Positions 19,259 through 20,000 of a stretch of DNA of 20,000 nucleotides are shown piece by piece. How positions within the stretch are numbered: position 1 is the stretch's first letter; each line of letters opens with the position of its first letter. The DNA comes from Chiloscyllium plagiosum (lineage: Eukaryota): the NCBI RefSeq assembly GCF_004010195.1, contig NC_057718.1, forward strand, positions 78,053,135 to 78,073,134, read 5' to 3'. The notes beneath the pieces were generated by a model. That model was not told the DNA's origin, ran no database searches, and saw nothing but the letters and a program-made list of their open reading frames with translations. The translations under genes were made by a program, and so were the position numbers.

Positions 19259-20000
19259 ATTGTAAGAGATAATGGATGTTGGTTTGCCTTTCCCTCCGCT
19301 TTGGTTTATATCCCCCCCTTTTTTTTTCTTTTTTCTTACCTTACTGTTTAATACTATCATGGGGGGTGGGAGAGGGATTTGATTATCTCCCCCCCACCTC
19401 CCCCACCCGGGGTTGTTTTTTTAAATTATTTTATGTATATATGTGGGTATGTATGTATATATATATATAGCCGGGGGGTTTGGGGGAGGTGGTTACCTTA
19501 TTCTATTTTACCTCTGTCATTAGGAGCGGGGTTGTTTTTCCCTTGTTATTTTGTATTATTATATTTAATTATTATTTGTTAAGGTTGTAATTTTATAGTT
19601 ATATGTTTATATATGGTATTAACATTACCAAATATATCCAGGTGTTGGTATGGGTGGGGGTAGGGTGCTCACTGTTAACTCTAGCTTTGTATTATATCTG
19701 AATTCTCCTCATTTTATTGAGGAGGGCCTGGGTCAAGGGTGGGGCATTGGTTGGGAGAGGATATGATGGACTTTTGGAGAGGAAGTGACACCCCCTGGTG
19801 TCACTTTCCCCAAGGGGGAAAATCTCCACTTAGATACGTTTTATATTTTTTTTATTTCAAAATAGTTTTTTATTGTATTGTTGTGAGTGTATTAGAGAGG
19901 CTTTATTTTTGTAAATTTTATATGCTCTACACTCGGGATGTTCTGGATAGGGTTTCCACTCCCGAGGGGTCTCAGATTTGCCCAGATGATTATGGTTGAT

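Larger units (their letters stand above)
18430..20000 (+). mobile_element. L1-clade LINE, 5' portion (5' UTR, disrupted ORF1, long inter-ORF spacer), continuing past the window
   Basis: Starts GGGGGGGGATCCAAGATGGCGGC, a typical L1 start. It contains an ORF1 of the Transposase_22 type and is CpG-rich relative to the flanks, which suggests a young insertion. Confidence 0.88.

Noticed and set aside
1..20000. Prokaryotic systems (CRISPR, operons, retrons, defence islands)
   Set aside because: The sequence is a spliced vertebrate gene with retrotransposon-rich introns; the RT motifs belong to CR1 LINEs.

Overview
Vertebrate genomic DNA, very probably from a shark or other elasmobranch (inferred from the repeat families: HE1-like tRNA SINEs, CR1/HER-type LINEs, Penelope hammerhead tails). 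The whole window lies inside one + strand gene, afadin (AFDN/MLLT4). Five coding exons (4808-4951, 6245-6443, 8139-8239, 11069-11155, 17088-17153) splice in frame through AG/GT sites and encode the end of the DIL region, the linker and the first half of the PDZ domain. The introns hold nested CR1 LINEs, SINEs, Penelope-like fragments with decayed hammerhead ribozymes, a 506-N gap and the 5' part of a sense-oriented L1. Most ORF-track entries are spurious or transposon-derived. The most interesting observation is a candidate alternative last exon (9217-~9490) that would end afadin just before its PDZ domain with a PDZ-ligand-like tail (-ASEF). Others are a candidate 21-nt in-frame microexon or poison exon at 5858 and a Penelope insertion with a 12-bp TSD and a perfect fold-back hairpin at its 5' junction. 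These are hypotheses from sequence alone; no new system is established. Family assignments come from recalled consensus motifs, not database searches.
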